This document shows positions 24,818 to 35,473 of a stretch of 45,854 bases of DNA, one piece after another (within the stretch, counting starts at the first letter, position 1; each line of letters begins with the position of its first letter). The notes under the pieces were generated by a model. That model saw only the letters and a list, made by a program, of their open reading frames with translations. It was not told the DNA's origin and searched no databases. The stretch lies in the IMG/VR virus record IMGVR_UViG_3300045988_140252; one strand, 5' to 3'. The position numbers and the translations under genes were made by a program. The DNA comes from a virus.

Positions 24818-25248
24818 GAACGACAACAAGAACAAAAAACAAGATCAAGAAATTTGAAGGGTTACGCCTGAAAGCGTATGTATGTGCCGCGGGAGTATGT
24901 ACGATCGGTTACGGTCATACGGCCGGCGTAAAACCGGGTGATGTTATCACCGAGGCCCAGGCCGATGCTTTCTTTGAATCGGATATCAGGGCGGTAGAAA
25001 ACCAGGTAAACGCGCTTCCCCTTGATTTGGGACAGTACCAGTTTGACGCGGTAGTAAGCTTTTGCTTTAATGTAGGTATCGGAAAATTCAAGAAATCAAC
25101 GCTTTATAAGAAGATCAGAGCAGATGCGTATGGTTCATCCATACCGGCAGAGTTTAAAAAGTGGATATACGGAGGCGGTAAGATTCTTCCAGGGCTTGTT
25201 ACCCGCCGTGAATGGGAGGCAAAACGTTATCAGGGATTGACAATATGA
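24814..25248 (+). CDS. Endolysin, GH24 (T4-type) lysozyme
   Basis: 144 aa. FEGLRLKAYVCAAGVCTIGYGHT matches the catalytic E...D...T region of phage lysozymes. Confidence 0.85.
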   Translation: MRTTTRTKNKIKKFEGLRLKAYVCAAGVCTIGYGHTAGVKPGDVITEAQADAFFESDIRAVENQVNALPLDLGQYQFDAVVSFCFNVGIGKFKKSTLYKKIRADAYGSSIPAEFKKWIYGGGKILPGLVTRREWEAKRYQGLTI

Positions 25249-25691
25249 TAGATATAAAGGTTTACCGTGAATACTGGGAAGGCGTGCAAAAACGTATTCC
25301 TGAAATAAAGAAAGTGCTACCCGTTACCATTGACGAGGAAATGAGTAAGACGATACAGGGGCTATCAAAAGAAGAATGTCCGGTGCTCTTTATTCTGATC
25401 CCGTCGGGAACGGGTGCCAGCCTTTCGGCTGATAATGTGAGGGAAAATAATTTATGCGTTATTTTCCTTATGAGCAAGTACGATCCCCAACGTAAAGGGG
25501 CTTATGAGACTATCGAAGAGGTGCAGCCGGTTATGGAGCGTATCAAACAAATGCTGATAGAAGATTCCGCTACCGGTTGCCCTGTCACTAAGGAACTGGA
25601 TTTAACCAGCCTTTCCACTCTTCCGGAATCCGGCTTTTACAGGACGTTTGCAGGGTGGAGCCTGGCTTTCTCATTTAAAACAAGATGCTAA
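25245..25691 (+). CDS. Hypothetical virion/tail-associated protein (start trimmed)
   Basis: The ATG at 25245 overlaps the endolysin stop (ATGA). 148 aa, no motif recognised. Confidence 0.5.
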   Translation: MIDIKVYREYWEGVQKRIPEIKKVLPVTIDEEMSKTIQGLSKEECPVLFILIPSGTGASLSADNVRENNLCVIFLMSKYDPQRKGAYETIEEVQPVMERIKQMLIEDSATGCPVTKELDLTSLSTLPESGFYRTFAGWSLAFSFKTRC

Positions 25692-25867
25692 TGGATGCTT
25701 TTGCGTGGTTCTGGTTAACTGTCATAGTAGGTATTATTACAATAGGTGTAAATGATGCGTTGTGTACCTATTGGAAATATAAATATGCCTCAAACAAGAA
25801 AAATGAAACTGTTAAAGACGAATCCGGGGAAAGGTACATTATTACCGGATTTTCAAAAAATGAATAA
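25685..25867 (+). CDS. Small single-pass membrane protein (holin candidate)
   Basis: 60 aa. A TM segment (FAWFWLTVIVGIITIGV) is followed by a charged tail. It lies near the endolysin. Confidence 0.35.
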   Translation: MLMDAFAWFWLTVIVGIITIGVNDALCTYWKYKYASNKKNETVKDESGERYIITGFSKNE

Positions 25868-25871
25868 CTGA

Positions 25872-26282
25872 ATGGCCGAGAATTTTAAAACGGATTTCTT
25901 TACCGACCGGATCGGGCGTGGAATACAGGACATATTTCAAGCCCAACTGGATATCGCTACCAAACGGATTTATCAGAAAGGCCGTGAACGTAAGAAAGTA
26001 CAGGGAACTGGGGAGATCATACAAGGGCGGTCCGGTGCATTAATGGCCGCGCTACAGAACCCGAATTATTCGGTCGTTCCGGACGGCGAAGGAGTAATCG
26101 CACGTTCTAACCTTCCATTATATACCCGCTTCCTGGATATGAAGAAACACGGTAATTACCAGATTTATAACCGGCAGATATACGGGATTCTGTATCATGA
26201 CACGCTCGGGAAGGTTAAATATGAATATCAGGATTATGTAAGGGAAAGGGTAAAAGAAATGTTTGCCAGTTCGCTAAAATAA
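25872..26282 (+). CDS. Hypothetical protein
   Basis: 136-aa ORF. Confidence 0.5.
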   Translation: MAENFKTDFFTDRIGRGIQDIFQAQLDIATKRIYQKGRERKKVQGTGEIIQGRSGALMAALQNPNYSVVPDGEGVIARSNLPLYTRFLDMKKHGNYQIYNRQIYGILYHDTLGKVKYEYQDYVRERVKEMFASSLK

Positions 26283-26331
26283 GTGTGTTGTTACCTTCCA
26301 AAGTTCATTCTTTATATTACGATGTTAAAAT

Positions 26332-26395
26332 ATAGCAAATTCGCAATAAATGTATTTATATTATTTGCATGGTTATTGCAAATTTGCTATATTTG
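26332..26395 (+). promoter_or_regulatory. hicAB promoter/operator: 16-bp inverted repeat overlapping a -7 box
   Basis: ATAGCAAATTCGCAAT (26332-26347) is complementary to ATTGCAAATTTGCTAT (26375-26390) at 15 of 16 positions. TATATTTG (26388-26395) fits TAnnTTTG about 28 nt upstream of the hicA ATG. Confidence 0.5.
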
Positions 26396-26422
26396 CACTG
26401 TATTTAAAAGTTCTTTTATTTT

Positions 26423-26605
26423 ATGAAGTACAATCAACTTTACGCCGAATTAAAGGCGGCAGGTTGTTACGTTGTGAGACATGGCGGAGAACACGATGTT
26501 TGGTTCAGTCCCAAGACTGGCAAAAAGTTTTCGATACCCCGTCACGGGTCTAAAGAGGTTTCTCTTCACATAGAACGTAACGCAAGAAAAGTGCTGGGGA
26601 TTTAA
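26423..26605 (+). CDS. hicA: HicA-family mRNA interferase toxin
   Basis: 60 aa. RHGGEHDVWFSPKTGKKFSIPRHGSKEV matches the HicA pattern (G.H ... P.H). It is followed by a HicB-like gene. Confidence 0.7.
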   Translation: MKYNQLYAELKAAGCYVVRHGGEHDVWFSPKTGKKFSIPRHGSKEVSLHIERNARKVLGI

Positions 26606-26692
26606 TCCCCGCACTTCTTTACTTCATAATTTAAGACTTTTAGGTGCGATAGTGGCAGGTAATATTGCCTGCCACATTTAAAAATAAATAGT

Positions 26693-27088
26693 ATGAAAGT
26701 GAATGTTTTGTTTGAACGTGCGAAAGACGGTTATTATTCCTGTTTTATGGAAGAAGAGTTACCGGATTTTGGATTGGCCGGCTACGGAGATACAGCGGAA
26801 GCGGCTAAGGCTGATTTTCTGAAATCATACGAGGAAATAAAAGAGATGTTAGCGGAAGAAGGCAAGGAGGTTCCAGTATTGGAATTTTCTTATAAATATG
26901 ATCTACAATCATTCTTTAATTATTTTTCATTTCTCAATATTTCAAAGATAGCAGAGGTTGCTGGTATAAATCCGTCTCTTATGCGTCAGTATGCGTCCGG
27001 AGTGGCAAATGTCGGTGAAAAACAGTATGATAAAATAAGGATAGCAATAAAGAAAATAGGAAATGAATTAGTTTCCGCTCAATTTTGA
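26693..27088 (+). CDS. hicB: HicB-family antitoxin with a C-terminal HTH
   Basis: 131 aa. N-terminal HicB/UPF0150-like fold (VLFERAKDGYYSCFMEE...GYGDTAEAAKADF). C-terminal HTH (ISKIAEVAGINPSLMRQYASG). Confidence 0.7.
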   Translation: MKVNVLFERAKDGYYSCFMEEELPDFGLAGYGDTAEAAKADFLKSYEEIKEMLAEEGKEVPVLEFSYKYDLQSFFNYFSFLNISKIAEVAGINPSLMRQYASGVANVGEKQYDKIRIAIKKIGNELVSAQF

Positions 27089-27245
27089 TAATACAACCTG
27101 TTATAAGGTTTCTATTATACTTCATAAAAAAGAACTTAATACACCCGATGTATTATTTCGTGAGAAATGATATATCAATTAAGCCCGGCCCAATTCGGAC
27201 GGGCTTATTTCCAATTATTTATTACTTGTATCTTATAGTAATTAT

Positions 27246-27482
27246 ATGACATACGAAGATATTTTATTTCTGATCGGCTTTTTCCTGGTAATAGCTTTTT
27301 TCGTAGGATGTAAGCATAAACCGGCTACTTTATCCGGGTGGCTTGCTTTTGCCTTTCTTTCCTTTATCGTGACGCCTCTTATATCGGTTCCTTTAACCTG
27401 GTACGTTTGCCGGATGCTTAATCGGGCAACAATTAAGGATAAAGGATATTTTGATCCTTCGGATTTTACATTTAAGAGATAA
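27246..27482 (+). CDS. Small integral membrane protein (moron)
   Basis: 78 aa with two or three hydrophobic segments. It is flanked by hairpins at 27181-27206 and 27506-27537. Confidence 0.55.
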   Translation: MTYEDILFLIGFFLVIAFFVGCKHKPATLSGWLAFAFLSFIVTPLISVPLTWYVCRMLNRATIKDKGYFDPSDFTFKR

Positions 27483-27505
27483 AATACTTTCTTCTTAGTA
27501 TAATA

Positions 27506-27537
27506 AGCCTGTAGAATGGTTCTACGGGCTTTTTTTA
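27506..27537 (+). terminator. Rho-independent terminator
   Basis: AGCCTGTAGA (27506-27515) pairs with TCTACGGGCT (27521-27530) with one G-U pair, followed by a T-run. Confidence 0.7.
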
Positions 27538-27565
27538 TGTCCTTTTCCGCCACTTTACACCAGGA

Positions 27566-27573
27566 TAATTTTG
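27566..27573 (+). promoter_or_regulatory. -7 box TAATTTTG upstream of the tape measure gene
   Basis: It matches TAnnTTTG and lies 20 nt upstream of the ATG at 27593. Confidence 0.4.
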
Positions 27574-27592
27574 CCTTATAAAATTTACTCTT

Positions 27593-30500
27593 ATGGCAAA
27601 ATTAAAACCTGACTATATCGAATGGGTGTTAACCCTGAACGCCTCCGATGCGCAGAAGGAAATACATAATCTTTCAGAAAAGAACAAGGAGCTCCGGGAC
27701 AGCAATAAGGACCTTAAAAAGAAAATGACCGAACTTATTGCTACCGGTAAAGCTGGCGGTAAACAATGGAAGAATCTTACGGATAGATTAAATTCCAATA
27801 ATAAGGCTATCTCCGAGAATAACAAGAAGATTGCCGAATGTGAGAAACGGCTGGATAAAACCACCATGAGTGCCAACCAGCTGGCAAGGAAGGCAAACGC
27901 CTTGCGGAAAGAGCTTCGCGATACGGTGAAATCCTTGCAGCCGGAAAAATATGCCGCCCTGGAAAAGGAGCTGAAAGAAGTTGAGAAAGCATACGGGCAG
28001 GCCACGAAAAAGGCGGAAGGTTTCGGCGGCTCCCTTCTTTCCCTGAATAAGATAAAAACGGTTCTGGCCGGTGTGTTTGTCACTATCGGCGCAATGATAA
28101 CCGGGCAGATTGTCGGCGGGCTAAGGGATGCGATCAGTACTATTATAGAGTTTGAGAAGAAAAACAGTACTTTGGCCGCTATCCTGGGAACTACGAAAAA
28201 GAGTATTAAAGATTTAACGGATGAAGCGCGCCGGCTGGGTGCTACTACTTCTTATACGGCCGCACAGGTAACGGCACTTCAGATAGAGCTTGCCAAGCTG
28301 GGATTTTTCAAAGAGGATATTAAAGCGATGACGCCTTCCGTGCTGAAATTCGCTAAGGCGGTGGACACGGATCTTGCCTCGGCTGCTACGCTTGCCGGTG
28401 CAACATTGCGTATTTTCAACCTTGATGCGGAAGATACGGAACGGGCACTTTCTACCATGGCAATAGGTACAACGTCTTCGGCCTTGAATTTTGAATACCT
28501 GAATAGTGCAATGTCTACCGTCGGTCCGGTAGCAAATTCTTTCGGATTCACGATCGAGGAAACGATCGCCCTTTTGGGAGCTTTGGCAAACAGCGGTTTC
28601 GATGCTTCATCGGCAGCGACGGCAACACGTAATATTTTGCTTAACCTGGCTGACAGTAGCGGCAAACTCGCGCTTGCTCTTGGCGGTCCGGTTAATAACC
28701 TGGATGATCTGATAAAGGGACTTAAAAAACTGAACAGTGAAGGAATAGACTTGAACAAGGCCCTTGAACTGACCGATAAACGTTCCGTTGCAGCGTTTAA
28801 CACTTTCCTTAATGGTACCGATACCGTGCTGGCACTTTGCGACGCGGTGACAGGTGCAGAAGATGCCTTTAATGCTATGTCCGAAGAAATGGGTGATAAC
28901 GTTCAAGGTGCATTAAACCGGCTAAGTTCAACTATCGAAGGGGTAGTTTTACGTTTCTATGAATCAAAGGGTATTCTCCGGGATTTAATAGACCTTGTTA
29001 CGCTTATGGTGGAAGGTGTGGGAGGTATGATTGACATGTTTAATAAATGGGGTGTTGTCACTTATACCGTTACCGCTTATTTGGTTTCTTACTATGGAGG
29101 ACTGAAAATCGCTACCATGTGGCACGCCCGTTTTAAAACGGCGACCCTTGCTTCGGTCGTTGCAGAGAAAGCGCACGCCGTACAGCTTTATATCAGCCGG
29201 GCGGCTACTCTGACTTATGCGGCAGCCCAGGCACTATTACACAAGAATACTACCAGATGTACCGCTGCACTTCGGTTAATGAGGATCGAACTTTTGAAGA
29301 ATCCATATACGGCCCTGCTCGCGTTACTCGTGGCAGCCGGTGTTGCTATCTACCAGCTTGCAAAGAAGACGGAACAGGCTTCGGCGGCGATGAAGGCCCA
29401 CCAGGAAGTCGTAAAGAAAGTGAATGAAGAATATTCCAACCAGGAAGCAAAAATAAAAACTCTTGTAGCTGCTATCAATGATGAGAACCTTTCCAACTAC
29501 ACCCGTAAACAAAGGCTCGCAGAATTAAAAGAACTGATACCGGATTATAATGCGGAATTGAATGAAGAAGGCAGGCTCATAAACAACAACAAGGAGGCCA
29601 TAGATCAATATTTAGTTTCCTTGGAAAAACAAATCAAGTTGAAAGCTTACCAGGAGGAACTGGAAGAATTGTACAAGAAAAAAAGGAATCTTGAAAGCCA
29701 GGAATCAGAGCAAAGCGACGCTTACTGGGACACCCGCCAGCAAAATACATTGTCAGGATATAACCGGAACAGTCTTACCGCTAAAATAAGCCGTTTATTT
29801 GGTACAGAAAAAGAGGCTAACCAGTTGAAAGCCCTACAGACAACACAGAAGGATTTGGCCGGTATAGAATCAGCAATCGCCCAGATCAATAATGATATCT
29901 TAAAAACAGAGGCGACGGCCACTTCATTAACCGGAACCAATAAAGAAAATATAAATACTGAAACATCCCTTATAAAGAAACTGGAGGCCGAAAAGAAAAA
30001 GGTTCAGGAGCAATGGGCGGAAGACAGCGAAGCGAATATCGCCAAGAAAAACAAAGAAATAGAACGTATCGACGCCGAAATAAAACGTTTAAACGAACTG
30101 GGTAAAGTCAAAAAGAAGGCGGAAGCCGGGGAGTATAAAAATACAGAAACGGACGCTACATTAAAACCTCTGGAGATCGAGCATGAAAAACGTATGTTTT
30201 TAATCAAACAGAACCGGGAGAAAGAAAATAAGACGGAAGCCCAATACATTCTCGAAGGGACGGCGGAAAACCTTCGCTATTACCAGGAACGTATCGACGC
30301 CCTCCAGAAGCTGGAAGCAAAAACACCGGCCCAAAAGAAGAAGTTACTCGATGAAATCCACAAGATCGAAACGGAAGCACAGACGGCCATTTTTACGGAA
30401 ACCGGCAAGCAGGAGGACGCCCGTATAAAACTGGTACAGGAGAAACGGGACGAACGGTTAAAGATTGAAACCGCCTATTACAATGTCCAGAAGGACACCA

Positions 30501-31900
30501 TGGAAAAAGCGGTATTAAACCAAAGTATCACGCAGGAAGCCGCCGACGCCTATATGCTGGAAGTTGAAGCGGAGCACGCCGCAGAACTTCTGGAGATAAA
30601 CCGTACCTACCAGGATGATATTGCCGCTTTGGAAATTACCGGTAAACAAAAGCGTATAGAAACAGCGACAGAAGCAGCGGATGCCGTTCGTGAGTCTGAA
30701 ATGAAGTTATTACGCGACCGGGCAGCCATTGCTCAAAAAGTACGTGAAATAACTTCCGTTCCGGTTGGAATAAATGGTATGCAGGAGATGCACCGGAAGC
30801 AGGTTCAGGATGTAGAAACGACTTATAATGCCATAATTGAGATAGCGAGACAGGCGGGAATCTCTACCGTGAATCTGGAAGAACAAAAGAACCGGGAGAT
30901 AAACCGGCTGAATTATGAATACCAGAGTAGTATTTACCAAATCCAGGCAGAAATCGGGCTTTCCTGGCAACAGCAACACGAACAGGAACTGGCACGCTTA
31001 AAACACTTGCATGATGAAGGATTGATAGATGAAAAGAAATATCAGGTCCTTCGTTTAAAGGAAGGAAAGAAAAATATACTGAAATATTTTCAATATTATT
31101 CCGCCCTTTCTTCTTCCATGGTAAATTCAATACAAGAAGCGGAAATCGCTTCGGTAGAAGCTAAATATGCCGTACTTATACAAGAGGCGGAAAATAACGG
31201 TGAAGATACTGCCGCCCTGGAAGAAGAGAAGGAAAATAAGAAATTGGAGATTCAGAAAAAATACGCTGATCTACAATTTGCGATGAAGTGTTCCCAGATT
31301 ATAGCTGATACGGCAGTTGCTATAATGGAAACCCATGCAAGTCTCGGAGGTTGGACGCCTGCCGCTATTGCAGCGGCCGCGATAATGGGAGTTACCGGTG
31401 CCGCCCAGCTTGCACTTGCAGAAGTTGAACGGGAAAAGGTGAAAAATATGTCTGTAAGTAATACAGCAGGCAGTAAAAAAGTAACCGCCGAACGTGTTGT
31501 TTCCGGTTCTTCCGGTGGTGGGTATTCGGAAGGAGGTTACACCGGCCCCGGCGGACGTTATGAAGTGGCCGGCGTTGTTCATAAGGGGGAATATGTGGTA
31601 CCACAACCGGAAATGAATAATCCTAAAGTAATCGACGCCGTTAGTACTATCGAGGCGATCAGGCGGCAGCGTACCAATGTCAACCCGTTACCACAGAATC
31701 CGGGTGAATATTATGAAGGCGGTTACGTCACTTCTCCTGCAGGGGATTCTTCTTACCGGGAGTTCCTGGAAGCTGCAAAGGAGCTTCGTGCCTCCTGTGA
31801 GGCTATCAAATTGATAAAGGCCTATATCGTTTATCAGGATTTGGAGAAGGCCAAAGAAACTATAGATAATGCCCGCGACACCTTTACACGCGGAAAATAA
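27593..31900 (+). CDS. Tail tape measure protein
   Basis: 1435 aa. TP901-type core (AAILGTTKKSIKDLTDEARRLGATTSYTAAQVTALQIELAKLGF), hydrophobic segments and very long coiled coils. Confidence 0.85.
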   Translation: MAKLKPDYIEWVLTLNASDAQKEIHNLSEKNKELRDSNKDLKKKMTELIATGKAGGKQWKNLTDRLNSNNKAISENNKKIAECEKRLDKTTMSANQLARKANALRKELRDTVKSLQPEKYAALEKELKEVEKAYGQATKKAEGFGGSLLSLNKIKTVLAGVFVTIGAMITGQIVGGLRDAISTIIEFEKKNSTLAAILGTTKKSIKDLTDEARRLGATTSYTAAQVTALQIELAKLGFFKEDIKAMTPSVLKFAKAVDTDLASAATLAGATLRIFNLDAEDTERALSTMAIGTTSSALNFEYLNSAMSTVGPVANSFGFTIEETIALLGALANSGFDASSAATATRNILLNLADSSGKLALALGGPVNNLDDLIKGLKKLNSEGIDLNKALELTDKRSVAAFNTFLNGTDTVLALCDAVTGAEDAFNAMSEEMGDNVQGALNRLSSTIEGVVLRFYESKGILRDLIDLVTLMVEGVGGMIDMFNKWGVVTYTVTAYLVSYYGGLKIATMWHARFKTATLASVVAEKAHAVQLYISRAATLTYAAAQALLHKNTTRCTAALRLMRIELLKNPYTALLALLVAAGVAIYQLAKKTEQASAAMKAHQEVVKKVNEEYSNQEAKIKTLVAAINDENLSNYTRKQRLAELKELIPDYNAELNEEGRLINNNKEAIDQYLVSLEKQIKLKAYQEELEELYKKKRNLESQESEQSDAYWDTRQQNTLSGYNRNSLTAKISRLFGTEKEANQLKALQTTQKDLAGIESAIAQINNDILKTEATATSLTGTNKENINTETSLIKKLEAEKKKVQEQWAEDSEANIAKKNKEIERIDAEIKRLNELGKVKKKAEAGEYKNTETDATLKPLEIEHEKRMFLIKQNREKENKTEAQYILEGTAENLRYYQERIDALQKLEAKTPAQKKKLLDEIHKIETEAQTAIFTETGKQEDARIKLVQEKRDERLKIETAYYNVQKDTMEKAVLNQSITQEAADAYMLEVEAEHAAELLEINRTYQDDIAALEITGKQKRIETATEAADAVRESEMKLLRDRAAIAQKVREITSVPVGINGMQEMHRKQVQDVETTYNAIIEIARQAGISTVNLEEQKNREINRLNYEYQSSIYQIQAEIGLSWQQQHEQELARLKHLHDEGLIDEKKYQVLRLKEGKKNILKYFQYYSALSSSMVNSIQEAEIASVEAKYAVLIQEAENNGEDTAALEEEKENKKLEIQKKYADLQFAMKCSQIIADTAVAIMETHASLGGWTPAAIAAAAIMGVTGAAQLALAEVEREKVKNMSVSNTAGSKKVTAERVVSGSSGGGYSEGGYTGPGGRYEVAGVVHKGEYVVPQPEMNNPKVIDAVSTIEAIRRQRTNVNPLPQNPGEYYEGGYVTSPAGDSSYREFLEAAKELRASCEAIKLIKAYIVYQDLEKAKETIDNARDTFTRGK

Positions 31901-31909
31901 GTAATCATT

Positions 31910-34063
31910 ATGCTAAAGATTAAGACGAACAAAGGTTATCTGGATTTAGGGGGTGACTTTACCGTACAGATTGATGAAAAATCCCCCGTCATGAACGACC
32001 GGGGATCACAAACCGTACCGGTCACGATTCCATGTACCGGCAACAATGCTAAAATAACCGGCTTTGCCCACCGTCTCGATATGGGTATAAAGCCGATGAA
32101 TGAAGATCAGGCATGTACGGTATTGGACGGGGTATATAAACGTACCGGAAAGATAAATATCGTTTCTGCCGGTAAAAAAGAAGGTATTACCCTTAACATC
32201 GGCTTTGACAATTCGGAAGCCTACAGCGCATGGAAAGCAAAAAAATTAAATGCTATTACATTACCAGTGAAGGAGTATAGCAGCGTTAATTCTCTTTGCG
32301 CACATTTGCAACAAGTTTTAGGAGGTTATCAGACTGATTATGCCGTATTTCAGATTATGACCGGTAACGATTCGAAAGATAACCAGTTTTACCCCAAATA
32401 CCTAAATTATATTACGCCTGTTTCAGAAGGAAGCAAAGTTTATCGGTTACGTTATCAAGCAAGAACAGAAACATTTTTAGTAAATGGAACTCCGACTGCA
32501 GTAACACTTCCGGAAGGTTACGGCGTGACAGCCTTTTTATATGTATGGCGTGTACTGGAACTTGTTTTTTCCGAATTTGGATATACAATAATGGAAAATC
32601 CTTTTAAAACAGATAAACAACTTTATAACTTGGTAATCCTGAATAATGCGGCCGACTGTTGTGTTAAAGGAAAACTTTCTTACGCGGATTTGATGCCGGA
32701 TTGTACGGTCGAGGAGTTTTTAAACGCCCTTTATGTGCGTTTCGGACTTGTTTATAATGTTTCTTCCGATACGAAAACGGCCACTTTAAGACTGATCCGG
32801 GATATTGTGGATGATGTTCCGGACATTGATTTATCCCGTAGCCTGACAGACGAACCTTTAATAACTTATGAAACGGCCCGGCAAATGAAGTTATCGGCCA
32901 AAACTTCCTTTACCGGTGCGGCCCCCTCTGTTGAAAGACTTGAAGATTACTTGAAAGATCAGAAAGTCGCAAGGTTAACTAAAGTTGATGTATCTAAAAG
33001 GGTGATACATCTAAATTATGAGGAAACAACAGGACGGTGGTTTAAATGGGATGAAGATAATAACCGCCTTACTTATTCTTCATCGAGTTTCTTTTCCTGG
33101 GATCGGAAAACCGACAATATCGAAGATAACGAATTAACCAGCGACGACGAATGCGTTCCAATGGATTTTGCCCCGAATGATATTCTTTCCCCTCAATATC
33201 TGGCCGATTACGTGCACCGTTACACGTATCTTAAAACTTCCTCTAATAATAACGATGAAGACTCGGAGAAAGTAGAAACGCCGTTATCCTTCGTGTTTGC
33301 ATTTACGTCTTCCCAAAATAGTAAATATCCTTTCGGTTCTGTGTTACCTTACACCTCTGACGCCGAAGAGGTTATATTAAGAGACGGAAGCAAGCATACA
33401 ATGTCGCTATTTTTTCAATATGATAATGGCCTGTTTTTTAACTTCTGGAGGAAATACGACGCTATATTAAGACATTCATTCAATAAGATAGAGGCAAACG
33501 TTTTGTTACCGGTTCACCGGCTTACGGGTATGGATATCTTAACACCGGTAATACTTCGAGGACAATATTTACTTTTTGACGGGCTTTCTTATTCTCTTCC
33601 GGCAAATAAGATTCTACCCGTTGATCTGACATTAAGAACACTCCGGTTGATTGGTCCGTACGATTTGGATAAGGAACAGGAAACACCCGTTTTTGGTTCC
33701 AGGCTTTTTACGTGGGAATTTATAAGTTCAAATATAGAAACAGCCAAAGAAAATGAAAGGAACAGGATTTTACAACAGGCGAGGGATGAATGGAACAAAA
33801 GGCCGACCGCTGTGAACGAAATGAAATCAATAACTTACTCGCTTGACGGATATACAACTCGTAATGATGATAAATACTTGGTTGAAAACTATCCCCAGGA
33901 AGCGGGAATTACATTACAAAGGAACTATAAATGTAAAGCGACAGCAATAATAAGTATTTACTACGAGCCTGGAAGTTTTACTCCCGGTACATATCGGGAT
34001 GTTACGTATGAATCCGAATTTGAATATACAGATACTTTTGTTTCTGTTGTCTATTCCGGTTAA
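31910..34063 (+). CDS. Tail tip / baseplate protein (assigned by position)
   Basis: 717-aa ORF directly after the tape measure gene. Confidence 0.45.
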   Translation: MLKIKTNKGYLDLGGDFTVQIDEKSPVMNDRGSQTVPVTIPCTGNNAKITGFAHRLDMGIKPMNEDQACTVLDGVYKRTGKINIVSAGKKEGITLNIGFDNSEAYSAWKAKKLNAITLPVKEYSSVNSLCAHLQQVLGGYQTDYAVFQIMTGNDSKDNQFYPKYLNYITPVSEGSKVYRLRYQARTETFLVNGTPTAVTLPEGYGVTAFLYVWRVLELVFSEFGYTIMENPFKTDKQLYNLVILNNAADCCVKGKLSYADLMPDCTVEEFLNALYVRFGLVYNVSSDTKTATLRLIRDIVDDVPDIDLSRSLTDEPLITYETARQMKLSAKTSFTGAAPSVERLEDYLKDQKVARLTKVDVSKRVIHLNYEETTGRWFKWDEDNNRLTYSSSSFFSWDRKTDNIEDNELTSDDECVPMDFAPNDILSPQYLADYVHRYTYLKTSSNNNDEDSEKVETPLSFVFAFTSSQNSKYPFGSVLPYTSDAEEVILRDGSKHTMSLFFQYDNGLFFNFWRKYDAILRHSFNKIEANVLLPVHRLTGMDILTPVILRGQYLLFDGLSYSLPANKILPVDLTLRTLRLIGPYDLDKEQETPVFGSRLFTWEFISSNIETAKENERNRILQQARDEWNKRPTAVNEMKSITYSLDGYTTRNDDKYLVENYPQEAGITLQRNYKCKATAIISIYYEPGSFTPGTYRDVTYESEFEYTDTFVSVVYSG

Positions 34064-34106
34064 TCCCGTCCTTTATTCTTCCTTTGATAAACCCAACTTT
34101 TGCACC

Positions 34107-34319
34107 ATGGAAAAGCAGAATAACATCGTACTTGCCCCGTGCGCCACACAGGTAACGGAGCTTTATAATTTATGGAGGGAAAACCATACGGGCCGGCTTA
34201 CGGACTTTTATAAGTTTATGGTAAACCCTTCGGCTGCCAGGGATCGCTTTATATCCTCTCTGGAGGCGCAGCATGAGTTAATCGGAAGTTTTATCGTAAC
34301 CAAAACAGCAATACAATGA
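34107..34319 (+). CDS. Small hypothetical protein (start trimmed to the internal ATG)
   Basis: The track ORF 33999-34319 overlaps the upstream gene. The Met at 34107 (MEKQNNIVLAP...) gives 70 aa. Confidence 0.45.
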   Translation: MEKQNNIVLAPCATQVTELYNLWRENHTGRLTDFYKFMVNPSAARDRFISSLEAQHELIGSFIVTKTAIQ

Positions 34320-35473
34320 GTGCCAGCGACGAAGCTTTAAAGGTGAACATATATCCGACGGGAAATGCCTTTACGCGTAATCCTATTTTTCTGTCTGTAT
34401 CATCCTATTCTATGGCAACATACAGTATCAGAATGAATAATGAGGAAATTTTCAAAGGAAACGGAATCGGGGAATTTCGTGTTAATATAGCCGAGATTGT
34501 CGAAACCGGAATAGCAAGTACACCGATTTTACCGGATAATACGGAGCCTCTGCTTGCCGTTTCCGGTTTGTCGGCCAAAGTAACTATACATGTGGTTAAT
34601 GAGGGGGAAGAAGAATATAACCTGTCTTTTACAGCCTGGAAAGGGGGAATTTCCAAGAAAGAGTTTAAACGTCTTCGAAATATGGGGACTGATATATTTT
34701 CTTTGAAGTTCTTGAATGAATCCTGCAATTTCTTTTTTACCACCCGGAGCAATGACTGGCGTATAACGATGCGCGAGACGGAACTTTACCCGCTCTGTTT
34801 CATCTATCCGGGACACGAACTGAAAATAACGGAACTTCTTACCGGTCAAAGCCTTGCAGTACCAGGTACGGCAGGGAATTTCTACGCCTTGAACCTGGAG
34901 GCCGTAAGACTTAAATTCTTTACCGATTACGGGGTACTGGCTAACCTTTTTGACGTGTATAGCGGTGATACGTTTGCTCTCCGGATCGGGATCGAACAAA
35001 GCCCGACGGTTCGCGAGCGTTACCGGCTCCGGTTCCTGAACAGTTACGGGACTTACGAAGTGTTTTCCCTGGAAGGCGAGGCAAGCGTAACTCCCGGCAT
35101 GGATGAAGACGAAGACGCTGTTTTCCGGCGTTACGATGAAATTACCGATGATTATTATTCGGATCGCATACGGACGGAGATACAGGAAGCTGTAACGATT
35201 AAGACGGGATTCAAACGCCCGCAGGAAATACGTTTTCTTCTTGATCTGCTTTCCTCTGATGATGTTTACCTGGCAGGTTACGGCCGGGAAGAAATAAAAG
35301 TCATTCCTTCGGCGGAAGAGTTTTCTTACCGTGTCCGTCCGGACGCACCGCAGAACGTGACGTTAAAACTCATGTTTGCCGACAAAGAGTCCAACTGGAC
35401 GGGAGAAATTACGGAAAGCGGCTACCGGAAACCGAGGGTTCATTCCAAAGAGTTTAGTAAACAATTTAATTAA
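34316..35473 (+). CDS. Tail tip / baseplate protein (assigned by position)
   Basis: 385-aa ORF between the tape-measure-proximal gene and the fibre gene. Its start overlaps the upstream stop (ATGA). Confidence 0.45.
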   Translation: MSASDEALKVNIYPTGNAFTRNPIFLSVSSYSMATYSIRMNNEEIFKGNGIGEFRVNIAEIVETGIASTPILPDNTEPLLAVSGLSAKVTIHVVNEGEEEYNLSFTAWKGGISKKEFKRLRNMGTDIFSLKFLNESCNFFFTTRSNDWRITMRETELYPLCFIYPGHELKITELLTGQSLAVPGTAGNFYALNLEAVRLKFFTDYGVLANLFDVYSGDTFALRIGIEQSPTVRERYRLRFLNSYGTYEVFSLEGEASVTPGMDEDEDAVFRRYDEITDDYYSDRIRTEIQEAVTIKTGFKRPQEIRFLLDLLSSDDVYLAGYGREEIKVIPSAEEFSYRVRPDAPQNVTLKLMFADKESNWTGEITESGYRKPRVHSKEFSKQFN

